56,846 bases of DNA, taken from contig NW_021835094.1 in assembly GCF_006345805.1 (NCBI RefSeq), positions 1 through 56,846 of the forward strand. Reading direction: 5' to 3'. Every line of letters starts with the position of its first letter. Within the stretch, counting starts at the first letter, position 1. The stretch is from Octopus sinensis (lineage: Eukaryota). A program made the position numbers and the translations under genes. The notes under the pieces are model-generated. The model made no database searches, was not told the DNA's origin, and worked only from the letters and a program-made list of their open reading frames with translations. Shown here piece by piece: positions 40,099-52,170 of this stretch.

Positions 40099-40881
40099 AT
40101 TTTTTTTACTACCCACAAGGGGCTAAACACAGAGGGGGACAAACAAGGACAGACAAACGGATTAAGTCGATTATATCGACCCAGTGCGTAACTGGTACTT
40201 AATTTATCGACCCCGAAAGGATGAAAGGCAAAGTCGACCTCGGCAGAATTTGAACTCAGAACGTAGCGGCAGACGAAATACCTATTTCTTTACTACCCAC
40301 AAGGGGCTAAACACAGAGAGGACAAACAAGGACAGACAAACAGATTAAGTCGATTATATCGACCCAGTGCGTAACTGGTACTTAATTTATCGACCCCGAA
40401 AGGATGAAAGGCAAAGTCGACCTCGGCAGAATTTGAACTCAGAACGTAGCGGCAGACGAAATACCTATTTCTTTACTACCCACAAGGGGCTAAACACAGA
40501 GAGGACAAACAAGGACAAGACAAACAGATTAAGTCGATTATATCGACCCAGTGCGTAACTGGTACTTAATTTATCGACCCCGAAAGGATGAAAGGCAAAG
40601 TCGACCTCGGCAGAATTTGAACTCAGAACGTAGCGGCAGACGAAATACCTATTTCTTTATTACCCACAAGGGGCTAAACACAGAGAGGACAAACAAGGAC
40701 AAGACAAACAGATTAAGTCGATTATATCGACCCAGTGCGTAACTGGTACTTAATTTATCGACCCCGAAAGGATGAAAGGCAAAGTCGACCTCGGCAGAAT
40801 TTGAACTCAGAACGTAGCGGCAGACGAAATACCACTAAGCATTTCGCCCGGCGTGCTAACAATTCTACCAGTTCGCCGCCT
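40099..40881 (-). mobile_element. Tandem tetramer of SINE family A (~184-bp period)
   Basis: Four units, one head; single TSD TTGTTAGTATTACCT (40084-40098, 40886-40900). Confidence 0.92.
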
Positions 40882-40929
40882 TCCATTGTTAGTATTACCT
40901 TTCGTCGATGTTGATATTGCCTTCTTAGG

Positions 40930-41110
40930 CGGGTGGCAGCGGTGGTGATTATGATTGTGGTGGTGGTGTTGATTGTGTTCGTTATAGTATTAGTGGTTGT
41001 GGTGGTGGTGGTGATGGTAATGGTGATTGTGGTTGTGATTGTGTTGGTGATAGTGGTGGTGGTGATGGTGATGACGATAATGGTGGTGATAGTAGTTCTG
41101 GTGGTTTTGG
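40930..41110. repeat. (GGT/GAT)n-rich low-complexity tract
   Basis: Seen directly. Confidence 0.85.
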
Positions 41111-41730
41111 TAGGATCTTTCTGGTTTTCGTCACTTTTACTCTCTTATTTGTTTCAGTCATTTGACTGCGGCCATGCTGGAGCACACTGTTACAATTTTC
41201 ATCCAATTGTTTTCAAATTTGGAATATGAATTACGTTTTGTATATTAATTATGAAAATAAAATTCATTTTTCCCTATAAATTCATAACTAAAAAGTTATT
41301 AGCCTTTGAAATTTACAAAATTTGGGTATATTAGCCAATCAGAAGCAAGTATTTTAGACTTCATCGTGGCAAAGAAGTCTGTTTCTATAGTAACCAAAAA
41401 CAAAGACGCACTACGTGTTCCATAGCTGATTGTGAAGAACTCTGTTTCCATAGTAACCAAAGATGCTGCACATGCGCACAAGCAGTGTAGCCACCGCTTG
41501 TTCTATAATTGTTTGTTTTCATAACAGATGGAACTCGCACTCAATAATGTTAGTCTAATGTTTTGACATGCCGGTGCCCCCCGCCCCCGTCCCCTGATGA
41601 TAGAAGAGGCAGCGAACATGCTGTTTTCTGATTGGCTGAAAATTCTGAAAATTATCAAACTTTGAAAACCTATAACACTTTTGCAGAATTTTTCTGGAAT
41701 AAATGAATTCGGATTCAGTGTCAAAAATTA

Positions 41731-41878
41731 CGGGTCTTTTCGGTTTGAACGGCAGTTTTTTAAAATAATTTCCACGTAACTAAATGCTTTTAAACATCGT
41801 ATACTGGTAGAATGTGTTTATAAAACATCTTTTTCTATTGGCTTTCTTGAGAAAATTCTATAGTTTGTAAGATATTTG
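41731..41878 (-). mobile_element. MITE family M1 terminal fragment
   Basis: GGGTCTTTTCGGTTTGAACGGCAG followed by the reverse complement of the M1 right end. Confidence 0.8.
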
Positions 41879-42557
41879 ATTAATTAGTCATTATTCTTAT
41901 CGCTGCTAATTGTTTAGGATGCCGATGTTGTTGTTGTTATTGTTGTTGTTGCTACTGTTATAACTGCTACTGTTTTGTCATTATTACTGTCTGTAGAACC
42001 ATGAAGTAGAAGATGACTGTGAAAGACTGTTTCACTTTCACTCTGCCGTTCCAGTTTCTTCGCTCGCTGGTTGGAAGGCAAAGACGAAAACATTTTCAGA
42101 ATGTCTTTACACTTCCAAAAACTTACAGTTATTACTAGTAGGGCAAATAAACAAAAACACGGTCAATTCTTTATGGTTTTCGTCAACTATGAAACAAGAT
42201 TTTTGAGGGGAGGTATTTAGTTAATATTCTCGACCCCAGTATTTAACTGGTATTACGTTTCTTGACTTTGGAGATATGAAAGGCAAAGCTTAACTTGTCA
42301 GGATTTGAAATCATAACATAAATAGCCGCAAAAACAACAATAACAACAACAACAACATCAAAGACAACTAAGATAAATCAGCTAGGACTTAACCAAAGCT
42401 TTCTGATGAAAGACCTGGAGTCTTGCTTGCCAAATGGAGAATGTTGAACGCAATAGTAATGTTTCCCAAATTGAACGAGAAAGATTCTGCGCGTGTGAGA
42501 GTGTACGTGTGAGTGTAAATGCGTGTGGGCGTGTGTTGCTACCACACATCAATATCA

Positions 42558-42623
<66 letters not shown>

Positions 42624-42857
42624 GAAAAAAATTGGAGTCAACAAAAATGGGTACGGCTGGACATTTACTTTTTAATCACTACAATTGTTTCCACACAACG
42701 TAGTTCTCAAGAGAGGTACAAGAGCTTTATTACTGTACTTTATCACGTTCTGAACAGAATATACCATAACTATATATATATATTAGTATGTATGTGGTAT
42801 GTATGTATGTATGTATGTATGTATGTATGTATGTATGTATGTATGTGTATGTGTATA

Positions 42858-42905
<48 letters not shown>

Positions 42906-42990
42906 ATATGTATATATATACATATATATATAGGTAAAAACGGTAAGATAACAAAAGAAAGAGATCTTAATATTATGTGAATAGAGGAAT

Positions 42991-43171
42991 TTATCCGTAA
43001 ATATAATATGTGATAATTCGGTAACCAAGATAAAAACTCTTTTTTTTCTTTTTCATAGCGTTTTTCCAATGGCCGGATAACTGAAGAGATGGTGGTGTGG
43101 ATTTCCACCTCGGCATCCGAAACTCAGAGTTTTATCTTGGCTACCGAATAATTGTCACATATTATATTTAC

Positions 43172-43177
<6 letters not shown>
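42991..43177 (+). mobile_element. Small PLE-like element with inverted terminal duplication and hammerhead
   Basis: 42991-43040 is the reverse complement of 43126-43177; hammerhead at 43075-43137; ends in (TA)n. Confidence 0.7.
43075..43137 (+). ncRNA. Type I hammerhead ribozyme, one extra C before G12
   Basis: Helix I GGAUAA/UUAUCU, CUGAAGA, helix II GAUG/CAUC, GAAAC-UCAGA-GUU. Confidence 0.65.
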
Positions 43178-43220
<43 letters not shown>

Positions 43221-43234
43221 TATATATATATATA

Positions 43235-43775
43235 TAATAAAACATTATTGGTGAATTGAAGAATGGAGCTGAACGCAGATTGAACAGAAATCGTTTTATT
43301 TCATTCTACACGTGTTTCGAAAGGCACAAATTACCAAAATCCGATTGAATAATGGGACCATATTGTGTCTTTCTCTTCAGGAAGAAAAAAGGAAATCCGT
43401 TGGAAAAACAAAAACAGAACAGAGGCGGAGCAAAAAACAAATCGAACTGTGCTCCTAAGAGCCCATGGCGAAACTGTTTATCAGTGTATGTTGAGAACCG
43501 GTGGCTGAAGAATTCAACGGGTCAGGCATCGGTCAATCATGTGGGTGAGGGTGTATAGATGTTCTTTGTGACCGAGAATAAAGTTCTGACTATTTAAGGA
43601 ATATTGGATGTTTTTATAAGGGGCGAAAAAAATCTACTTAGAGACGTGTGTGTGTGTATACTGTTCTATATATGTGTGTGTTGGCGTAGGGGTAGAAAAC
43701 ATTTTTTGTGTACGTGTGTGCGTTTGATCGTTCGCTGCGTTCAGCTCCATTTCTTCAATTCACCAATAATGTTTT
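43235..43775 (-). mobile_element. PLE-like element with inverted terminal duplication, containing the hammerhead above
   Basis: ~43238-43280 is the reverse complement of ~43735-43777 (GCGTTCAGCTCCATT.CTTCAATTCACCAATAATGTTTT); 3' end abuts (TA)n. Confidence 0.65.
43299..43388 (-). ncRNA. Type I hammerhead ribozyme with canonical core
   Basis: UUUUCUUC-CUGAAGA-GAAAGACACAA[33 nt]UUGUGCCUUUC-GAAAC-ACGU-GUA-GAAUGAAA. Helix II 10/11 bp; palindromic ACGU loop III. Confidence 0.85.
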
Positions 43776-43924
43776 AATTTCAATTATCCGCACCAACGCA
43801 CGGTTGCAACGCCAGATGGTTGTACCTCCAACCGTGCTGTTTACTGCTGTGATTTTTGCTACTAAGGTATCGGTTAAACTTTTGATTAATCTACTACAAG
43901 ATTATTCATCTTTCTATTTCACAT

Positions 43925-43982
<58 letters not shown>

Positions 43983-44029
43983 CATACACGTATGTATATA
44001 TAAACCCAACATCTGACACTATGTTGGTT

Positions 44030-44337
44030 ATGTTGACGAGGTTTCAGATGGTCCGATCAACGGAACACTCTGTTCCTGAAATTAATATACAAGTGGGTGA
44101 GTACTCCACAGACACACGTACCCTTAATGTAGTTTTCAAGGAACTTCAGCTTAACAAACAGAATGTGAGAGGGTTAGCCCCTTTGAAATACAGGTACAAA
44201 CTCACTTTTTCCAGCTGAGTGAACTGGAACAACGTGAAATAAAAATGTCTTGCTAAAGAGCAAAACACTTCCAGGAATCGAACTCACGACCTTACGATCG
44301 AAGGCCGAATACCCTAACCACTAAAGCACGCACCTTA
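44030..44337 (-). mobile_element. tRNA-derived SINE family E (CORE-like)
   Basis: Minus GGTGCGTGCTTTAGTGGTTAGGGTATTCGG...GAGTTCGATTCC, then CTTTAGCAAGACATTTTTATTTCAC. Confidence 0.75.
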
Positions 44338-45289
44338 ACATATGCATATATTACTCGCACACACGCACACATACATATATTTATACAAGCATATATATGC
44401 ATATATACATCTTTGTATGTATATGCACATGTATGCACATATATATGTATATGTATGCTTGTATACACATGTGTGTGAGTATGTCTGTTTGTATATATGC
44501 GTGTACTTATGTATATATCCCATACTTTATCATTCTAAAGTCCGAACGCAATATATTCTGACTACGCTTTGCTTTTATTCCTCTATATTATTCCTCCAAA
44601 AATCGATAAAATAAACCCAGATAAACAAGCAATAAAGATCTAGAAATGCATTGCAATTTGTTTTTTCAACCACACATCTTACTTTACAAACATCTAAGGC
44701 TCGTTTCTCTTCGAAAAATATTCCGTTTGTTTGTTTCTTTCTTTCTTTACTTCTTTTCTTTTCCTATTTTTTCTTTTTTTCTTTCTTTCTTTTTCTTTCT
44801 CTCTGTCTTTCTTTCTCCCTTCCTTCCTTCCTTCCATTCTTCCTTCCTTTCTTTCTTTTTACTTTCTTTCTCTCTGTCTTTCTTTAAATCAATACAGTAT
44901 TGATCACTTCAATGCAACACTTGGGAAAATTACAATACACAATTTATTCAGATCGATAAGATATTCCCTTACCGAACATAATCGAACCTTAGCACGTCTT
45001 CATGCAGTTCTGTTGTCTATACACGGAAACAATATTTTGCGACAGCGTTCTAAGGCACGTTCACATTTTCTTTATTCATATTCTTTATTTCTTTCTTAAT
45101 TAAATTCTTTCCGAGACAGTGAAAGGCTCATAATCTTGTTCTTTTTTCATTGTCCTCTCACATGGGTACTCTTACACTTTCGTAAGAGAAGAAGAGTATT
45201 ATACTGTGTAACACGATTTTTGTCCATGGCTTAACAATGTTATTTCCCCATTTATTTATCCCAAGAAAGTATGAAAAATAGCTAATATT

Positions 45290-45480
45290 TCCTTCAGACT
45301 TTGCTATTGTTACATTTATTCAACCCCAAAGTATCCCTCTCAATCCATGGCTACGATGCCTTCCCACTACCCCTGTTCATGATCAGAGATGCACATATTG
45401 TAAGCCACTAAGGGACATGCTCACGTGGTTAAGATTAAGCAAGTGACAAGAAATTTACGATATTGAGCAGAATATTTGCT
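45290..45480 (+). mobile_element. Retroposon family F fragment; longer copy at 47604-48070 (minus) with (ATC/ATT)n tail
   Basis: GATCAGAGA.GCACATAT.GT.AGCCACTAAGGGACATGCTCA shared in opposite orientations. Confidence 0.7.
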
Positions 45481-45931
45481 ATAACGATATTTCTGCTTCA
45501 GCAACTTAGCACTGAATCTATCTGAAATGTAATGGAAAATAGGTCAGTTTCAAAACATTGATGTCCAGGTCACAAAAGTAACGTTTGAAGGGAATAGGGA
45601 TCATTTCGGTTTGAACGGCAGTCTTTTCACAATTTATGAATACAAAACAAAATCAGGAAGAAAAAAAATAGGCAATCAACCTACAGGTAAGTTAATGAAA
45701 CAAATAAACTATTAACTACTAAGAATTATATATACTGTATATAGTTAGGTGTGTGTTTGTTTTTGTGTCTGTGTCTGTTCTCCCAATATCTCGTAACAAA
45801 CGATGCTGGTGTGTTTAAGTCTCGTAACTTAGTGGTTCGGCGAAAGAGACCTGTAGAATAAGTACTAGGCTTACAAAGAATAAGTTCTGGGGTCGATTTC
45901 TTCGACTAAAACCCCCATTAAGGCAGTGCTC

Positions 45932-46388
45932 GGATCTTTTCGGTTTGAACGGCAGTTTTTTTCTAGCGGTGTCATATGAAATTGTCACCCATAATTATGA
46001 CCCTAGTATCGATCTATTGCATTTCAATCTGTTTTAAGGTTAGGATTAATTAGGGTTAGTTAGGGTTAGGGTTAGGGTTAGGTTTAGGGGTGGGGGGAAG
46101 AGTATCTTTTTGTCTTCAGAAATGTAAATAAACCCAATATGTTTCTTAAACGAGGGACATATTCATAAGGCACAGAATGTTTTTTTACCTCAATAGACGT
46201 CAGTGATTGGTTGAAATTGCAGAAATGAAGAAAAAAAGCAACAGATATCTTACAAACTACATAATTTTCTCAATAAAGCCAAGAGAAAAAGATGTTTTAT
46301 AAACACATTCTACCAGTATACGAAGTTTAAAAGTGTTTAGTTACGTGGAAATTATTTTTAAAAACTGCCGGTCAAACCGAAAAGATCC
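45932..46388. mobile_element. MITE family M1, ~457 bp, next to a truncated family C SINE 3' half (45760-45931)
   Basis: Both TIRs present; internal (TTAGGG)n expanded; no TSD recoverable. Confidence 0.88.
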
Positions 46389-46633
46389 CAACCAGCAAAT
46401 CTGTGGTATTAATTAGACTATTTGCTATAACGAAATTTCTGCTTCAGTAACTCAATGTTAAATCTGTCTGAAATGTAATGGAAAACAGGACAGTTTCAAA
46501 ACAGTGAAGGTGAAGGGAATATTAGTCACTTCGTTTGATTTCTAGATAGAAACAAATAGGAAATTACACTTCCTGACCTAAAACTAAAATTTTGTTACAG
46601 AGTATTATTTGAGTACCATTATCCTAGTGGACT

Positions 46634-47044
46634 TATTTCTTCATTGCCCACAAGGGGCTAAACCCAGAGGGGACAAACAAGGACAGTCAAAGAGATTAAG
46701 TCGATTACATCGACCCCAGTGCGTAACTGGTATTAATTTATTGACCCCGAAAGGATGCAAGGCAAATTCGACCTCGGCGGAATTTGAACTCAGAACGTAA
46801 CGGCAGACGAAATACGTATTTCTTTACTACCCACAAGGGGCTAAACACAGAGGGGACAAACAAGGACAGACAAACGGATTATGTCGATTATATCGACCCC
46901 AGTGCGTAACTGGTACTTATTTAATCGACCTCTAAAGGATGAAAGGCAAAGTCGACCTCGGCGGAATTTGAACTCAGAACGTAGCGGCAGACGAAATACC
47001 ATTAAGCATTTCGCCCGGCGTGCTAACGTTTCTGCCAGCTCGCC
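46634..47044 (-). mobile_element. Tandem dimer of SINE family A
   Basis: Junction GAAATAC|GTATTTC; TSD ATTATC(C/T)TAGTGGACTT. Confidence 0.88.
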
Positions 47045-47264
47045 ATTATCTTAGTGGACTTGCGAGGCTAGTAGGGACTTAATGAAATTTTTCCTTCTTG
47101 TTTTAAGAATTTTTGTTTTTATATATTTTTGTTATATTTTTAGTTATATTCTTATTGCAAGGCCAATTTTTCTTTTGATTAGTGCAGTCTCCATGTTCTA
47201 TGCATTGTATTTCCTCCTATTCTAGGGTCCTAGGCATCATGGACCCCTCTGGCCAACAAAAGAA

Positions 47265-47275
47265 ATAATAATAAT

Positions 47276-47308
<33 letters not shown>

Positions 47309-47342
47309 AATAATATATAATAAGTAATAATAATATAATAAC

Positions 47343-47382
<40 letters not shown>

Positions 47383-47549
47383 GTAATAATAATAACATAA
47401 TAATAATAATAATAATAATATAATAATAATAATAATAATAATATAATAATAATAATAATATAATAACAATATAATAATAATAATAATAATATATAATATA
47501 ATAATAATAATAATATATAATAATACCAATACTAATATATAATAATAAT

Positions 47550-47584
<35 letters not shown>

Positions 47585-47603
47585 GATGATGATGATGATG
47601 ATA
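47265..47603. repeat. (TAA)n to (GAT)n microsatellite, probably the expanded tail of family F
   Basis: Seen directly; abuts the family F 3' end. Confidence 0.9.
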
Positions 47604-48188
47604 ACTGCCCTGATGCAGTACCAGGCAGTGGTTCTCATGGCTTCTGATCTTAACTGATGGAATGTTATCATGTCATTGTTTGTCTTGGTTAAAGATTGGC
47701 TACAGCAAATATTCTGCTCAATACCACAGATTTGCTTGTCAGTTGTTTGACCTTAACCAGTTGAGCATGTCCCTTAGTGGCTGACGATATGTGCTTCTCT
47801 GATCACGAGCAGAAGTAGTGGGGGAGCATCATAGCCGTGTGTTGAAAGGGATTCTTTGGGGTTTGGAAACATAGGTGTTTTGTTCAACATTCTTAAACAA
47901 CCTATATTCAGGGACCACTTGATCGGGATGGGTTACTTGACTTGAAGAAAATTCTAACTGGGCCCCATCAGCAAGGTCAAGCGCTGGTTATCTTGATATG
48001 AGATCACCATATCGCGCACATATGGTTGTGGTGCATGTGCCTGGTGTACATCAGTCACTTTGATGGCATGCACTGCTCTCTCACTCAATAATGATTTCTT
48101 TATTAACCACAAGAGTTTATTTACATTAAGTAAAATATTATGGACATTACAGGACAAAACAAAGAATGTGTGTGTGTGCGTGTGTGTA

Positions 48189-48225
<37 letters not shown>

Positions 48226-48649
48226 GTGTGTGTGGAAACAAAGATTAACAAAATTTTTTAAAATTAATAATGTGTGATCCTCAACAGGGAGGAGACGTTG
48301 GAGGGGTGCTCATGGGAAAACCCCCATAAAAACCCTGGGTATCCTAACTTTGGGGGCAGGTGCATTTTTTCTTTCCTTTTTTTCCCCCAACAACATCGTA
48401 TGCTCGCACCATTCTCGCCACTTTAATCAACCTTTTGCCAAACTGTCTAGAAGAGAACACTTCCCTCTCAACTCTAATTTTCCTTTTCAAATGAAACTTG
48501 AACTCAGAACGTAAAAACGGAGGAAATGCCGATAAGCATTATACCTGGCGTGCTAACGATTCTGCCAGCTCGCCGCCTTAAATAACAGCAACAACAACAA
48601 CAACAACAATAATAATACAAGAAGCTACTAGGACCACCTCTTAAGGAAC

Positions 48650-48950
48650 AGTAGTAGCCCAACATGGGTATGTAAACAACAAAATGAAACCATTGATCAT
48701 GTTGTCTCCAAATGCAGTCTTCTTGCACCTACAGAGTCTCCCGAGATTAGACAAAAAAGAAAAGTGTTTGTCTTCGTCCCCTTCAATCTCGTCCACCATA
48801 CAACCTCTTTTACCATGGCCACCAGGCATATGGAAACAGCCTTTCCTTCTCGAGAGTCAGTACATACAAGAGAGACGAGAGGTGACGACCTTTCCGGACC
48901 GAGCACATGATGTTGAATGGCTCTGAGAGGTGACCCTTTGACCACCACTT
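48650..48950 (-). pseudogene. Internally deleted Tx1-like ORF2 fragment
   Basis: GHLSEPFNIMCSVRKG.HLSSLLYVLTLE fused directly to EGKAVSICLVAMVKEVVWWTRLKG. Confidence 0.7.
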
Positions 48951-49011
48951 TGACCACCACTGAACAGATGTTGCTGTGTAATTACAGTGATTCTGCCCCC
49001 TGAATAGAACC

Positions 49012-49023
49012 CTAATAATAATA

Positions 49024-49062
<39 letters not shown>

Positions 49063-49230
49063 TTGGTGTTGATTTGATAATGACGATGATGATGTAGATG
49101 ATGATGTAGATGATAATGATGATGACAATGACGACGATGATGATGATGATGATGATGACGACGACGATGACGACGACGACGAGGATGAGGAAGATGAGGA
49201 GTTCATTATTATTATTATTATTATTATTAC

Positions 49231-49276
<46 letters not shown>

Positions 49277-49290
49277 GTTATTATTATTAC

Positions 49291-49342
<52 letters not shown>

Positions 49343-49400
49343 GTTATTATTATTATTATTACTATTATTATGATGAGGTGGAGGAGGAGGAGGAGGAGTG
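49012..49400. repeat. (GAT)n/(ATT)n/(GAG)n microsatellites
   Basis: Seen directly. Confidence 0.95.
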
Positions 49401-49704
49401 CTTTATTGAACACACCTTATTTTATCGTCCCCGAAAGGATGAAATACAGAGCTGACCTCGGCAACATTTAACCCTGGACTGCAAAGAACCGGTAAATATA
49501 CACTAAGGTATATCTTTTGTTAACGTTTATGATGATGATGATGATAGCAGGGCCCATTCTTTACATTAAACCATAGCATAGCACGTGTTGCCTTTTACTA
49601 ATTTCGTAGTGCAAGTTCATAATTAACGATAAGTTGCTTCCCTTGGATTTCATTAAGTCATCTGAGTTGTCTCTCTTAGTATATCATAAATTTATATATA
49701 ATAA

Positions 49705-49935
49705 ATTGTTACTTGTTTCAGTCATTCGACTGCGTTTATGCTGGAGCACCGCCTTTAGTCGAGCAAATCGACCCCAGGACTTATTCATTGTAAACCTAGT
49801 ACTTATTTTATTCTTTTTTTTTTTGCCGAACCGCAACGTTACGGGGATGTAAATACGCCAACATCGGTTGTCAGACCGATGGTGGGTGGACAAACACAGA
49901 CACACAATATATACGTACATACACACACACACACA

Positions 49936-50001
<66 letters not shown>

Positions 50002-50148
50002 CACGACGGGCTTCTTTCAGTTTCCGTCTACCAAATCCACTCACAAGGCTTTAGTCGACCCGAGGCTATAGTAGAAGACATTTGCCTAAGGTGCCACGCA
50101 CGCAGTGGGACTGAACCCAGAACCATGTGGTTGGGAAGCAAGCTTCTT
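49705..50148 (-). mobile_element. SINE family C whose first 17 nt lie at 52171-52187, beyond the LINE
   Basis: Body with internal (TA)n(TG)n; the head GGCGCAGGAGTGGCTGT is found on the far side of the LINE. Confidence 0.85.
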
Positions 50149-52170
50149 TATTTCATAAATTGGCTATGGAAGCCGTTCATAGATGGGACAAACAAGGACA
50201 AACAAACATAGAGGGTGAAGAAGTCGCTTATTACGAATGAAACGGTTCCGAATGATAAAATATAAACGTCATGCTGCTAAAAATTCAATTTTGGGGGTTT
50301 TCCTTTTAAAAATTTCTGTATAAACTTGATGATCATTGCGAATTTTGCAATGTGTGACTGAAGGAAAGCCATCCAACCGCCAGATTCGAACCTTTACTTT
50401 TCTTTCTGGCCCCACTTATCTGGTTCCAGTCACTCGCAGCTTGTTCACAATTTGCTTCCATCTTTTCGCGAACATATCCTGAGGCAGGTATCTCTTCTCC
50501 AGCCTGATCATGCTATCGAGGTGGTAACTAAAGAGGTTTACCAACCCCTGGTCGGAGACGAAGGTACCCGTCCCTATACCACTTACACGCGTCTTCCATA
50601 CTGTTTCTTTCAGTATTGATACTACGCAGAAAAAAAACAAGCCTTCCTCTTCCTTGTTAAGGGAAGGAGGCGGCGCAATCTTGATAACAGACTCAGCCGA
50701 TAGCTATACTCTTCCCATAGTTGACAACAGTTGCTCGATAAAAGCTATCAGTCCCGATAATTCCGGACACTTCCGTGCTTTGACAGCTTCTCTCGAACTG
50801 GCAAAGCCGAACGGTAGCACTGCCAAACCAGGGATTTATGGCAATTATCCAGATACCCCAGCCCGAAATTTCTCCTGAACAGGTTGATCAACTGATTTCC
50901 ATCGAAGCCCAGAGTCTCCCTCAGGACATCGTCTGACATAAATTCCACTAACACACTATAGAAATCCGCAGTGGAACTCTTGTTGCCGGTATTGCCCGTC
51001 CGAGAGACTAGTTGGAGTGCTGTCAGGCACTCCAATTGTCAATACCCCAGCTTAGGTCTTCGTTTGATCCATAGACCAATGTCCGTTAAGTACGTCAACT
51101 GTGAAGGTAGAACCCTATGCTCGGTGACCACATCTGCTCCCCATCAAGGTAAAGCCAGAGGTGCCTCAACCTTAACGTGCATTTTCACATCCTCAGCTAA
51201 GGCATCCCTAGCCCACCCTTTAGCGGTTTTTGGCAGTAGACAGAGCGCTTCACTAGTGGCTTTCCTCCCTTCCATAAAAAGCGAAAAAGTATTCTTTCCA
51301 GTTTGTTCGGCCACAAATTGGGGCAAGGCACAACGGTCAGGTGGTAGGTGATAACAGATGCTATGAAAATCTGCGTCACCTCCGCCCTCCCAAGCAAAGA
51401 TAACGCCCGCCTAGACCAGGTCTGGGTTAAGGCAGTCACCCTGCTCGTGACCTCGCTCCAATTTTTCTCTATCTGGAGGTCTGGGCCGAACCAGACCCCT
51501 AGCAACTTAACTGGACCTTCCGTCCGACACCCCACAACATTATTGGACGAGTTGCAAGCCGACCGACTTGTCCTGGTTAACCTTTGCTCCTGCCACCGCC
51601 TCGTATCTCTTGATGGCGTTTTCCATATGAGGAAGCTGCCCTTCTTCGGACACGATGATGGAGACGTTATCCGAATACCCAGTGGCTCCACTTCAACGCC
51701 ACAGATCATTCGGCACGTCCCCTAACGCCTCCAACTTCCGCAACAATGGCTCAAGTGTCAATGTATACAAAAGCGGTGACAGAGGACATCCCTGGCATAC
51801 TGAGCTTCAATCTTGAATGGTTTTGAAAAAAAACCCCGTTCACTCGGACGATACACTCGATGTCGCTGTACAAAGCAGCAATCCAACCGCGGAAGTCGGG
51901 CCCATCCCAGCCTCCCCGAGGACCGCCGCCAGGTACCGATGGTCGACCCTATCGAATGCTTTAGACTGGTTTAAATGTACCAGTGCCCCACCTTTGCCAG
52001 AAATTTTACTAACCCTCTCTAAGGAGTAACGTATAAGATGGAGATTGTCGTGAATTGTCCTGCCCGGAATAGCGTAAGTTTGCGCCTCCCTGACAAGTCT
52101 GTCCACGACACGCGCCAACCTTTTTGGCAACAGATTGGCCAAGATCATTAACTCTGTGCTTAGCAAAGTT
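50146..52170 (-). mobile_element. 5'-truncated Tx1/L1-clade LINE (RT, C-terminal domain, 3'UTR), frameshifted
   Basis: GRTIHDNLHLIRY, HLNQSKAFDRVDH, QGCPLSPLLY.LTLEPLL, KLLGVWFG, RILFRFLW, GGLGMP, VWQCYRSALPV; stop at 50416-50418. Confidence 0.92.

Noticed and set aside
33635-45016. Candidate minus-strand micro-exons with AG/GT signals (44973-45016, 42127-42186, 33635-33684)
   Set aside because: Open frames are not phase-compatible, no protein is recognisable, and such signals are expected by chance in 57 kb of AT-rich DNA. Spliced RNA-seq would decide.
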